A DNA stretch of 62,476 nt, filler included, from Candidatus Hydrogenedentota bacterium (GTDB lineage: Bacteria > JBFMHD01), in the NCBI GenBank assembly GCA_040752395.1. It is 5 parts of 5 records of this genome, joined end to end, with 100 filler letters (N's around TTAATTAATTAA, not from the genome) between each part and the next. Parts side by side here need not be neighbours in the genome. Positions count along the whole stretch, not along the records: positions 34,684 to 43,895 come from JBFMHD010000110.1; positions 43,996 to 53,196 come from JBFMHD010000111.1; 3 more parts are not named here. One strand, 5' to 3'. Below are positions 42,015-52,311 of this stretch, one piece after another. A program made the translations under genes and the position numbers. The first letter of the stretch is position 1. Every line of letters begins with the position of its first letter. Below the pieces are notes generated by a model. That model worked only from the letters and a program-made list of their open reading frames with translations, was not told where the DNA came from and ran no database searches.

Positions 42015-42650
42015 TTAAAAACATATTAGTTTATACTCTCTTTCAAGATAATGTCTGTAAATATCATAAGCACCATACCCTTTCATCATTTTATCTATAG
42101 GATTCTTGAGGTAATCTTTATCTTTGCCTAAATTATTAAGAGCCTCTAAAAATCTTGTATAGGTTTTTGATGATTTTTCAAAACTCCGGCCCTGCCTTGA
42201 ATAAAAATATTCTTTGGCTGCTATCTTTGCTAAATCAGCTTTTTTATCCCAATCAAGGTTCTCTATAAACTCATCAATACTTACAGCTCTATGTTTTTCT
42301 TCTAACCGTTTCGTTATTCTTGCGAGGTCATTGGTTGTTATCATTAATCTCTCAGCTAAAGTTTTAGCTAATTTTATTGCGATCTCTGGTCTCTGTTTAA
42401 TAGTAGTTTCGAATTTCTTAGGCGTGATAAAAATTATCTCTGAATCAGATATTGTAACACATGTCGCACTTCTCGGTTTATCCAATAAATACGACATCTC
42501 ACCAATAAATGAACCCTCTTCCACAATAAACCCTATATGTTTCCCTCCCTTCATTACCTCAACCCCGCCTTTCTTTAATAAAAGTATGTCTCTCCCTGTA
42601 TCACCTTCTCTAAATAAAATACTTCCTTTGGGATATTTCTTAATCTCCAT
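42015..42650 (-). CDS. Cyclic nucleotide-binding domain protein
   Basis: LFREGD, GEMS.L...PRSAT. Confidence 0.8.
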   Translation of the reverse strand: MEIKKYPKGSILFREGDTGRDILLLKKGGVEVMKGGKHIGFIVEEGSFIGEMSYLLDKPRSATCVTISDSEIIFITPKKFETTIKQRPEIAIKLAKTLAERLMITTNDLARITKRLEEKHRAVSIDEFIENLDWDKKADLAKIAAKEYFYSRQGRSFEKSSKTYTRFLEALNNLGKDKDYLKNPIDKMMKGYGAYDIYRHYLEREYKLICF

Positions 42651-42658
42651 TCTTTTTT

Positions 42659-42822
42659 CCCTCGAAAAAGTTCGGAGTTCGGAGCTCGAAGCTCGGATCT
42701 ATTATTACGAACTCCTAACTTCTAACTCCGAACTCCTATCTTTTTCATCCTTTGTGCCTTTGTGCCTCTGTGCCTACTCTGAAAAGTAAGAAGTGGGAAG
42801 TGAGAAGTATCATAACTCCTAT
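42659..42822 (-). repeat. Modular SD-anchored repeat with GTTCGGA/AACTCCN hairpin variant
   Basis: CCCTCGAAAAAG(TTCGGAG)n..(AACTCCT)n CTTTTTCAT, CTTTGTGC x3, second CTCTGAAAAG head. Confidence 0.85.
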
Positions 42823-42825
42823 CTA

Positions 42826-43710
42826 CTATCTCCTAACTCCTTTTCTACAATACTTCTTGATTAGCAATTTCACCTGGTTATATTTTTTCGCAGGGAATAG
42901 TTTCTGACCCGTCATTATAGCATTTTGTAAAGCTTTTGAACATTCGCAGGTTCTTTCTTTGTCAATGGGTATATATTTCACCACATCCTTTATAACCTTT
43001 TTTACATTATCAACATTAGAAAGCAAATTAGCTATCACACGTTCAACAGAAACTTCCTCGCCCTCTTTCCAGACATCATAATCAGTTGCCAGAGCTATTG
43101 TTGCAAAACAAATCTCAGCTTCACGCGCAAGTTTTGCCTCTGGCAAATTAGTCATCCCTATAACATCAACTCCCCATGACCTGTAAATACGTGATTCTGC
43201 TTTAGTTGAGAACGATGGTCCATCTATACAAACATAGGTTCCGTTATAATGAGTTGTGATGTTGTTTTCTTTACATACTTTATATAATATCTCTCTCAAT
43301 TCTTTACAATATGGCTGGGCAAACCCTATGTGAACAACAATCCCATCGCCAAAAAATGTCGATATCCTTGACTTTGTTCTATCAAAGAGCTGGTCGGGTA
43401 TAACAAAATCCCTTGGTTTTATCTCTTCTTTCATACTTCCAACCGCTGATACCGATATAATCCATTCAACGCCGAGCTTTTTTAATACCCAGATATTTGC
43501 TCTTGAATTTACCTCGGCCGGTAAAATTCTATGTCCGCGTCCGTGTCTTGGTAAAAATGCAACCCTCCTATCATTTAATGTCCCTATCATAATACTATCA
43601 GAGGGATTCCCGAACGGTGTCTTTATTTTCTTCTCTGTTACATCTTTTATACCCTCTATCTCATATAACCCACTACCACCAATTACTCCGATAAGTCTCT
43701 CGTTAGCCAT
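42826..43710 (-). CDS. mtnP: S-methyl-5'-thioadenosine phosphorylase
   Basis: IGGSGLY, TPFG.PS, PRHG.GH, GMTNLPEAKLAREAE, TDYD.W. Confidence 0.95.
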   Translation of the reverse strand: MANERLIGVIGGSGLYEIEGIKDVTEKKIKTPFGNPSDSIMIGTLNDRRVAFLPRHGRGHRILPAEVNSRANIWVLKKLGVEWIISVSAVGSMKEEIKPRDFVIPDQLFDRTKSRISTFFGDGIVVHIGFAQPYCKELREILYKVCKENNITTHYNGTYVCIDGPSFSTKAESRIYRSWGVDVIGMTNLPEAKLAREAEICFATIALATDYDVWKEGEEVSVERVIANLLSNVDNVKKVIKDVVKYIPIDKERTCECSKALQNAIMTGQKLFPAKKYNQVKLLIKKYCRKGVRR

Positions 43711-43716
43711 CACAGA

Positions 43717-43895
43717 CCCCCTTTGAAAAAGTAAGAAGTATCAAAAAATAGAAGCAAGAAGCAAGATAACGGAAAAGAAAGATAACGAAAGAAGCAAGAG
43801 GTAAGAAGCAAGATAACGGAAGAAGTGAGAGGTGTCAGGACAGGCTACAGGCTACGGACTACAGCCGGCTGGAGCCAAAAGCCCAGAGCCTGCTG
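43717..43895 (-). repeat. Modular SD-anchored repeat upstream of mtnP, cut by gap
   Basis: CCCCTTTGAAAAAG head, repeated GATAACG modules as in 1-196. Confidence 0.9.
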
Positions 43896-43995
43896 NNNNN
43901 NNNNNNNNNNNNNNNNNNNNNNNNNNNNNNNNNNNNNNNTTAATTAATTAANNNNNNNNNNNNNNNNNNNNNNNNNNNNNNNNNNNNNNNNNNNN
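43896..43995. other. Assembly gap with artificial linker
   Basis: N-run with TTAATTAATTAA. Confidence 0.98.
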
Positions 43996-46900
43996 CTGTG
44001 ATAGAATCCGAGCCTTTGTTGTATAACTCAAACCAGTCAGTAACTGGTTCATCCATCGCAACCTCGTTTATTTTTATATTTCGCAATAAAAGGTTAGCAA
44101 CTGTAAATGCTTGCGTGGTATCGACGGTACCTGTATCACCATTGCTATCACGCGGTGTTATTCGAAGCTTGATATCGTTCTGCGTTGCACCAAACCCAAA
44201 CTCAGCTAACAAATCCCAGATTACATAGTACTGTGTGCCATTAGATGATACAGTAAGGTTGGTCGTTTCTGTGGTCTGAATAAGATGAACTCCTTTCCAC
44301 GTGACACCACTGTCATCTGAATACTCGATTATCGCGGTACAGTTATCATTATCCGTATCAGTCAACGTAAACACAATCTGTACTGCACCATAATACGTGT
44401 CGCCATCAAGAGGCGAGGTGTCAATCGTAACCGCTGGAGCATTGTTTCCCCCAGTAATAACAACAAACGAGTCATTGGCATTGGAGTCATAGGTTATTGA
44501 TACATTGCCTGCAAGGTCATCACAAAATACATGGTAATCAATACTGTTAGTTACTTCGCGCCAGCTGTCTGTAAACGAGATTGTGCAGGTGAGTGTCAGT
44601 ATGCCGAGCGTGAAGGAGTCCTGTACGATATTGGTTGCTTTTGCACGCCAGTAAATCGGGGTGTCCACATAACCATTCACACCTGTTATCGAGAAACTAC
44701 AGCCTGATAGAGTGCCATTGCCATTAATCTGACCTGATGAATCACCAAATGTCGAGGAGTAGGCTAATCGTGCACCAAACTTAAATACGAGCTGAACATC
44801 TGAGTCACCATTGTCGATCTGTAAGACCAGTTCATCAAGGTCAGCCCAACCATTAGAATCAGAGTAATTGACCTCAAACACCACATTTTCAGCACTCGTA
44901 ATCGTCTTATCGCCATCGTGCTTGATTGTGCTTGTGATAACCGGGTATTCCTGTCCTGGCGGGAAATCCATGTCAGAAGCAGAGTTTTTCGGCGGTGAAA
45001 AAGTGGTATTTGTATTTGAAACAAACGTGAAATCACTACTGTTATTATTTGAATCTTGGCCATGACCACTCTCATTCACATAAGTATCACTATATGATAA
45101 TCTAATATATCTATCCTTGTCATTTGATGCTGGGGTGCCTTCGTAACCATCTCCGGCTCCTGGTGTTCCCCACCCTAAGGAATCAATAGCAATATCACTA
45201 CTATTCCTGAACATAGAACCATCATCAGTTGCGGCTAATGTCATATCATCAAGTAAGTCTGCAGTAACCCATCCAGCGCTATCTTTCTGGGTTTCCCAAT
45301 CTGCATCAGCAACTAAATAATAACTATATGCTTTCAATATTGTATTGGCTGGTATCGTAAACTCTATAATTCCTGCACTACCGTCATAAAGATCCCAATT
45401 ACCGATATTATAATCCACTGGTGTTGGGTTATAAAATTCAGTAAATTCACCTCCTGATTCATTAGTAAGAGGATCCGGATATGTCTGACTAATAACTGGG
45501 TGTCTCCCAATATTACTCAACACAATCGTGAAGCTGTCTGCAGCTGACCATTCGCCCCATTCATAACCGTCGTGGAACTTGATGCGCCACCAGTAAATGC
45601 CAACACCCAGGGTCGGGCCATGATACACGTGGTAGGTGTCGCTCAAGGCCTCGGTGTCATTCCATTCCGGCGATGGGAAACTACCATCGGTATTATCAAG
45701 CTGGATATAAAACGAGTCCTGGTTGTCAGTATCTGCATCGTTAAATGTCCAGGAGAACATCGGTGTGGTATCGCCAAGTGTCATCGGATACTCCTGGCCA
45801 TTGACTAAAAGATTAGTAGCATATGGTAGCTGATTGATAACAAAGCTGTCAGTACTCGACCAGACACTCCATTCAAAATCATCCTTTACTTTCACACGCC
45901 AGTAATACGTAACACCGCGTGTCAACGCAGTGCTGACAGTTGTGTCGTCATCATACCAGTTCGCATCAGATACGCTCCAATCCGGTGAGCCAAAATTTTG
46001 ATCAGCATCAACATCAATTGAGAGACGCGCAGTCTGACAGCTTGCCAGACCACCATCAATATCGTTCCAGTCCCAGATGAGGAGGGGGTTGGTGCCTACA
46101 ACACGAGTACGGTTTATAGGTGAAACAAGTGTTGGCGGAGCTGGACGCGTATTGACACTCCCGTTTTTGTTATAATTAACATCAAAATAATAATCTACAT
46201 CACCCCACATATTGTCGTCACTACGCATACCAAATGATGTATCACCTACCTCGTCCCATGTATAACCATATTCTGTTATACAATCTATTATATCACAGCC
46301 ATATTTGTCAGCTGGTCCACCACCCGCATCTCTGTCAGCTACATAAACAGTATATCTCAACGTTTTGGGGAAAGTAATCCCTAATTTGTTTACCTCGATC
46401 TTTTGCTCTACACAATCGTTATATGCATTAATATATCCAGTAACACCGCCAACATCAGTCCATGTCTGATTATATGCTCGAGTATAGGTAAATGATTGAA
46501 CAAAATTTATCTCCCATCTTGAACACTCGCTATCAGCCGCATCTGCATTACAATCTATCCAGAGGAATTCATACTGGTCTGTAATAGTGTCATTATCGCC
46601 ATCAGATGAAGCATCTGGTGTTTTGCCGTAAAGATTACCACCATCCAGTGTTCCGTAGGCCACGGCACTTATATACAGAGTTGTTGGTGCTGCCCAGTTG
46701 GCATCCCAATCCATATAAGCTTCCAGCCAGAGTCCATCATTATTATAACCGCTTTCTCCATCACCGTCATTTGGATCAGTGCCTCCATCGGTACGCCATT
46801 CCCAGTAGTTATCATTATCACAGCTAGCGCACCAACGAGCATCCCAATCACTCATTACTGTATGTGCGGCGTTCTTTGCCCATGGTGGGGCTTCTTGGCC

Positions 46901-48274
46901 GGATGATCTTGAATCGCCGATTAGGATAAACACATCTTCATTTTCATTGCAATTTGTGCCGACATAAACCTGTTTAGTGGTCGTGTCATAATCAATGTTT
47001 AATTCATTTGGCCAGTTTGTGCCGTCTTCCCATTGCACTCGTTGACCATCAGCAGTACCATCCATATCCCATGAACTGTCTTTTCTTGTCCAGGGTGAAC
47101 CAAGATCGTTCCCTAAATCACGAACACAGCCCTCGATATCATTAGCAAGCCAGAACTGACCACTATTGTTTGCTAAATCAGTATCGATCGCTATACCGAC
47201 ATAAACATCGCTCGTATCATTTAGGTCCTGCAGCTTAAATAAATAATAGAGAGTATAAGTATCAGCAGTCGTTCTAAATTCTACAAGATTGGTACTGGAA
47301 TCATAATTTGAAACATCAACACGGTTATCTGCCGAAAGACCTTCATACCAGATGTATTCACCCAGTGACACCGTGTCAGTATTAATAGTAGTTGGTGCGG
47401 TCCCTGACCAGTCGCTTGCAGAACCGTCAATAATAAAATCAGCGACTGAAACTGTTACTGTGGTATCACTGCAATCACCAAGGTAGTTCGCTGCCGCAGC
47501 AGTGGTACAGCCAATGATTGCATTACCACTAACTGAGCTGCTGAACGTTACCTGGGCACATCCGCTCGCATTGGTTACTGCTTGATTAGATGAGAGCTGA
47601 CCGATACTGCAGCTGAAATAAACAGTTGCATCAACGACTTTCTCGCCGTTGTTCGTTACCCAGACAGAGATAGTTGCGGTCTGTGAACCCCTCCGTATCG
47701 CCGTAGGCTGTGCCGAGATCCCTTCAACTAAGTACTCAAAATTGGAAACCTCGGCGCTGTTCTCCTTCATACCAGTAGAGCCATAATAATCGTCATCTGC
47801 ACCATCAACAAGTTTAAAATTATAATAAACTATATAGCCTGGTGGTAAGTTCTGAGTAGAACCAGGCTGACAACGCCACATATCAGCCCAGGCTTGCCAG
47901 TAATCATCATAATGATTGCTGTCCCATTCCATAGCCTCGTAGTTCCAGCCGTTCAGATTATTTGCGATATAAGCATTGTTCAAATCATATTGCGCGGTTT
48001 TAAGGTAAAAATACGGGGCATCATCATTATCAACATTAGCTTCATTCTCATTTTGGGTGCGGGCACGGTACGAATAAGTATGGTCTTCTACTTGTGTCGA
48101 TGGCGAATGCCAGACCATATCCCACTCAACAACACCATCTGTTGTGGCGGCAAAAACAGGGACGATTCTGATTAAGAAACAAGAAACAAGAAGCAAGAAG
48201 CAAGATAAGAAAACGAAAACGAAAACGGAGAAAACCGGGATGGTTCTGGTTTTCGAGACTCGATTCTCGACCAT
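43996..48274 (-). CDS. Large secreted/surface multidomain protein (Ig/Big-1, DOMON-like, FN3-like and lamin-tail domains), 3' truncated
   Basis: Signal peptide ending VFA; VTNASG.A.VTF, IDG...DW, YYWRVKV.D..WS.WS, EF.EFYNPT and INEV...DWFELYN motifs; D/T/S/W-rich. Confidence 0.75.
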
Positions 48275-48296
48275 CAACCCCTGGCGTGGCTCCTGA

Positions 48297-48363
48297 TTCT
48301 GGCAGTCAGATGGGGCTGACTTTACGTTACTCAACTCTGTAAAACAAAAGAACTTAACCAAAA
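48297..48363 (-). ncRNA. Candidate c-di-GMP-I (GEMM)-like riboswitch variant
   Basis: UUUUGG/CCAGAA closing stem, GUUA/UAAC-based second stem, ACGUAAAG junction, GUCAG/CUGAC stem followed by UGCCAG. Confidence 0.35.
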
Positions 48364-48403
48364 TTATATCCCCTAAAGAAAAAATACTATAAATACTAAA
48401 ATT

Positions 48404-48420
48404 ATGCAAAAATTATGCCT
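48404..48420 (-). promoter_or_regulatory. Sigma54 -24/-12 promoter AGGCATAATTTTTGCAT
   Basis: GG-N10-GC with GGCA and TTGCA; rpoN present in this window. Confidence 0.6.
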
Positions 48421-48610
48421 ATTCGTTATAAAAAAAATTGCCTGCTATTATTAAAATTATCTTTTTATATTTAATGATTTATTTTAATAAAGAAACATTT
48501 TTAAACATCATTACTTTATTACTTGATATTATTAAAATTAACATTAGCTAAAAAAGAAATGTGATTATACTTTTATCTACATCTATTCTATGATTCAGAA
48601 GCTATATAAA

Positions 48611-49912
48611 TTAAGCAGGCTGTGAAAAACTACCCGACTGCTCAATTATCTTCATTAAAGCATCAGAAATAGTAGAATATTTCCATTCGCTGTATCTCCC
48701 ACTTAAAACTATATCTTTTCCCCTTAAATATTCTCTTACCTTTGTAATAGTTTTCTCACGTGCCTTATTATAAATTATATAGGCATATTTGATATCTATT
48801 TCCTTATGAACTAACAACTTATACTCTTTTTTGATAAGACCAATATCTATTAAGTCTTCTATTGTTTGTTCTAATGGCAGAATAGTTTGCGGCTTATGCC
48901 TGTATGAAGATTCGATATAAAAAGATATGCAGCCTTCTGGTACTAAATTTTTTGATATATTATGATAACACCCTATTCTATAAAATCGAAATCTACTCTC
49001 AGGGAAATATATCCATTGAGCGTTGTTTAAATCTTTACCCCTAAACCCAAGATTCAAAACTCTTACTGATAGCCATTTAAGCTTATTCATCCACCCTGCG
49101 CACTGTTTTTTATGGGGAATAAGCCTCCATAACTCTGGTAAGGGTATCGTGGAGACTAATTTAGAATATTTTATTATCTTTTTATTTTTGAGATAAATTA
49201 TTTTATTATTTATATCTATTGAATCGATCTCAGAGTTGACAAAGATCCTCGCTTTATCAATGTTCTTTTCAAGAGATTTAATCAGCGTATCTATCCCTCT
49301 GGTTTCGGGATAGTAATACAATCTATTATAACCTTTATCAGAGATTATCCTTTCTTTGGCACCTCTATCAAATTCTTCTTTTGTTGGTCTGATAATAAAT
49401 CTATCAACCCAATCACATGTTATCTTTTTTAAATCGTATTTAAAAAATTTCTTATTATAAGGCATCATAAAACGTTTTGCGATACCGTCGCCAAAAACAG
49501 AATATACCCAGTCGTAAAAATTATCATATCTTATTTCTTTATTCAAAACCTTAATAAGCCCATCCCTGCACTCTTTGATTATCCTCTCAGGCAAACCAAA
49601 GGTATTGGTCTGAAATGGATATTCTGTATAAACTTTATTTAAAAATATCCTGGACATCCTTTTATGTTTTACGAACTGATTATTTGAAATTTGGTTTATG
49701 AAATTTAATAGTTTTTTATTCTGTGTATGGATAAAATGTCCACCACAATCGAACGTAAAACCATCAATGTAAAAACTTTTTAATAACCCACCTGTAACTT
49801 TTTCTTTCTCAATAATAGCAAAATCAATATTTTTTTTATTCAATAAGTACGCGAAGCCTAAGCCCTCAATACCAGCTCCAAGAATGATGGTATCAAAAGT
49901 TAAATTATGCAT
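48611..49912 (-). CDS. FAD-dependent oxidoreductase (protoporphyrinogen oxidase/amine oxidase-like)
   Basis: ILGAG..GL, GGL, FD.GGH, STIPLP, GRY.EWKY. Confidence 0.8.
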   Translation of the reverse strand: MHNLTFDTIILGAGIEGLGFAYLLNKKNIDFAIIEKEKVTGGLLKSFYIDGFTFDCGGHFIHTQNKKLLNFINQISNNQFVKHKRMSRIFLNKVYTEYPFQTNTFGLPERIIKECRDGLIKVLNKEIRYDNFYDWVYSVFGDGIAKRFMMPYNKKFFKYDLKKITCDWVDRFIIRPTKEEFDRGAKERIISDKGYNRLYYYPETRGIDTLIKSLEKNIDKARIFVNSEIDSIDINNKIIYLKNKKIIKYSKLVSTIPLPELWRLIPHKKQCAGWMNKLKWLSVRVLNLGFRGKDLNNAQWIYFPESRFRFYRIGCYHNISKNLVPEGCISFYIESSYRHKPQTILPLEQTIEDLIDIGLIKKEYKLLVHKEIDIKYAYIIYNKAREKTITKVREYLRGKDIVLSGRYSEWKYSTISDALMKIIEQSGSFSQPA

Positions 49913-50111
49913 AACAAAATCTCTTATTCTTTTTTAATCATATTAAGAAAAAGTTAAATGTTCAAGTTAAAAAAAATAAAAAATTTTTGTTTACGTTTAT
50001 CTCAAAAAAATTACAGGGTAAACGGGAACGGTTTTTGTTTTTTCATAAAAACATTCGACACATAAATGATACTGCACTAATTGGGGAACTTATGATAATA
50101 AGGTGGGTTTA

Positions 50112-50414
50112 CTATGTGTTATTTGTGATTGTAACGATGTCGTTTAATAGGCTGCTTATGTCTTGTTTTAATTCTACAAGTAAAGGTTTTATATCTAAAG
50201 TAAGCAGTTCATCTTTTATATCTATATAAATGTTCTCACCATCTTGTTTGGAGCATACACCAAATACCCTGAAATCATCTGAGAGCTCAATTGAAAAGAT
50301 GTAACAATCCAGTACTTCATTAAAGGATAAACCGAGACTGAATCTATCTTTATTAATTTTAAATTGTATTATAAAATGTTCAAAACTTTGATTATGTGGC
50401 TTATAAATTATCAT
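50112..50414 (-). CDS. Hypothetical protein
   Basis: 100-aa ORF co-oriented in an apparent operon. Confidence 0.5.
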   Translation of the reverse strand: MIIYKPHNQSFEHFIIQFKINKDRFSLGLSFNEVLDCYIFSIELSDDFRVFGVCSKQDGENIYIDIKDELLTLDIKPLLVELKQDISSLLNDIVTITNNT

Positions 50415-50419
50415 ATAAA

Positions 50420-50725
50420 TTATTCTTTTTTATCCAGCTTAAATCTGCCACCGCTCCACTCTTTCATAGCCTTTTTATAGGCTTCATCATAATTTTTGCC
50501 GTTATAGTATTTTTTAAATATATCATCAAAATTTTTATAGAAAGTGCTGCCAGGAGCCCTTAGAATAACAATATAAAGTATCAATAAATTACCGGTGATC
50601 ATTGCGATCATACTATAAAGAACAGTCTTGGAAAGAGGGTAATTGCCTATTAAGAAATCTTTTACAATAACAAATAAAATAAGGTTAAATGCGATCATCA
50701 AGAAGGTATAAACACCGAAACGCAT
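50420..50725 (-). CDS. Hypothetical two-TM membrane protein
   Basis: Two hydrophobic segments; tight spacing. Confidence 0.55.
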   Translation of the reverse strand: MRFGVYTFLMIAFNLILFVIVKDFLIGNYPLSKTVLYSMIAMITGNLLILYIVILRAPGSTFYKNFDDIFKKYYNGKNYDEAYKKAMKEWSGGRFKLDKKE

Positions 50726-50728
50726 AAC

Positions 50729-51352
50729 CTATGACCCGATTGTTTTAGCCAGTTCTCTGCAAAGAACTTCTGATAGAAATTTGATATTCTCTCTAATTTT
50801 CCAGCGTTCCTGTGGTGGGACAAGGAGCTGTACCGAATAGTCATCACCTCTGAAACTATCACTGCCTGCCCATAAAGTTTGGCCGGTTTCCACCATAACA
50901 AGTCTTGCAGAAAGCCCTATTTCAGGTGGTGATTTGTCTATCCATACAGGTCTGTATTTATAAACGGTTCCGATAAGTACAGCATCTGCCTGGAGCATTT
51001 TTCCAAGTCGCATCGCTGTATTTCCTTCTATCTCTTCATAATCAGATATTTGTAATTCTTTTATTAGATCGTCAATCCTTGTTCTTTCTAAGACTGTGAT
51101 ATTTTCGTTTTTCAAGAGTTGAATCGTGAATTCCTCACAAATTTTCACACCTACGCCACCAACACCTGTGGCATTCCTGAAAGGAAGAACTGCTACTTTT
51201 AGTTTGGCATTTCTATTAAATATTTCAGGTGAGGTTCCATAATTAGTTATTAAATGCGGCTGTGAGGAACATGCAACTATTAAAAAAATGACCGCACAGA
51301 ATACTAATCCTGAGCCGATTATCCATTGAAAAATGTGTTTTCGCATAGTCAA
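50729..51352 (-). CDS. CsgG/HfaB (DUF799-like) lipoprotein
   Basis: Lipobox IVAC; VAVLPF.N, LERTRID, LG..L.ADA...GTV, RLV.VETG..LW. Confidence 0.75.
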   Translation of the reverse strand: MTMRKHIFQWIIGSGLVFCAVIFLIVACSSQPHLITNYGTSPEIFNRNAKLKVAVLPFRNATGVGGVGVKICEEFTIQLLKNENITVLERTRIDDLIKELQISDYEEIEGNTAMRLGKMLQADAVLIGTVYKYRPVWIDKSPPEIGLSARLVMVETGQTLWAGSDSFRGDDYSVQLLVPPQERWKIRENIKFLSEVLCRELAKTIGS

Positions 51353-51361
51353 AAGACCTCA

Positions 51362-51685
51362 TTAATAATATTTCTTTTTCTCTTTACGGAGTTGTAAATC
51401 GCATGCTGAGACCTGATCGACATAAACATTTATATCAACACTTGATTCTTTGTATCCTTCTTTTTTGCAGGAAACAGTATATTTACCAATAGGGATGTTT
51501 CTAATAACATACTGACCATCAGGGTTGGTACTAACAGAGTGCGATGGTGGGTCTGTATAAAGGATTGCGCCTTCAAGCGGTTTTAATTCATCGTCGATTA
51601 TAATGCCTGATATAATACCAGTCCCACACCCTGAGATAAAAAAACATGCCAGAATTAAAAAAAAGTAAAAAATCAGTCTTTTCAT
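51362..51685 (-). CDS. Carboxypeptidase-regulatory-like domain lipoprotein
   Basis: ISGC lipobox; PL.GA, TN.DG.Y.I..IP.G.Y.V...K.GY. Confidence 0.7.
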   Translation of the reverse strand: MKRLIFYFFLILACFFISGCGTGIISGIIIDDELKPLEGAILYTDPPSHSVSTNPDGQYVIRNIPIGKYTVSCKKEGYKESSVDINVYVDQVSACDLQLRKEKKKYY

Positions 51686-52296
51686 AAAGCCATAGAGCTT
51701 GCCATAGATTTACACAAAAGTGTTGTTAAGAAATCTATATCAGTAACAACTTTCCATCTTTCCTGTCGTTTTACAAGGAGCTGGACGCTTGCGTCATCAC
51801 CGCGAAAATGTTCGCTTGCTGCCCATAATATAGCACCTGTTTCAATATCAATAAGTCTAACATTTGCTCCCACTTCAGGTGGTGTCTCACCTTCCCACAT
51901 ATCCCTGTATTCTGTTACTGTTCCTATTAGGACCGCGTCAACACCAGCTATTTTACCGATTTTAATCGCGGTTTCCTGGTCAACAATATTTAATTGTGAG
52001 AATTTTTGTTCATTTAATATCTGGTCAATGCGTGTTCTCTCAATAACTTCATACCTGCCAATTTTTAAGAGCTGAACTACAAAGCTTTCTGATACCCTTA
52101 TACCTGCGCCACCTATACCACTTGCATTTCTGAAAGGTATAACCGCTATTTTAATTTTGGGTTTGGTTATCATTGAATGGTCAGCCCCAAAATTGTCAAA
52201 TTCATAAGGCTGCATTGCTTCATTAACAGAAGTAGCGCACCCGATAAATAATAATGAAAAAATTATTAAGAGTATCAATAATAATGAAAGTCGCAT
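51682..52296 (-). CDS. CsgG/HfaB (DUF799-like) lipoprotein
   Basis: FIGC lipobox; IAVIPF.N, VIERT.ID.IL.EQ, RLID.ETG. Confidence 0.78.
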   Translation of the reverse strand: MRLSLLLILLIIFSLLFIGCATSVNEAMQPYEFDNFGADHSMITKPKIKIAVIPFRNASGIGGAGIRVSESFVVQLLKIGRYEVIERTRIDQILNEQKFSQLNIVDQETAIKIGKIAGVDAVLIGTVTEYRDMWEGETPPEVGANVRLIDIETGAILWAASEHFRGDDASVQLLVKRQERWKVVTDIDFLTTLLCKSMASSMAL

Positions 52297-52311
52297 AATT
52301 TTATCTCCATT

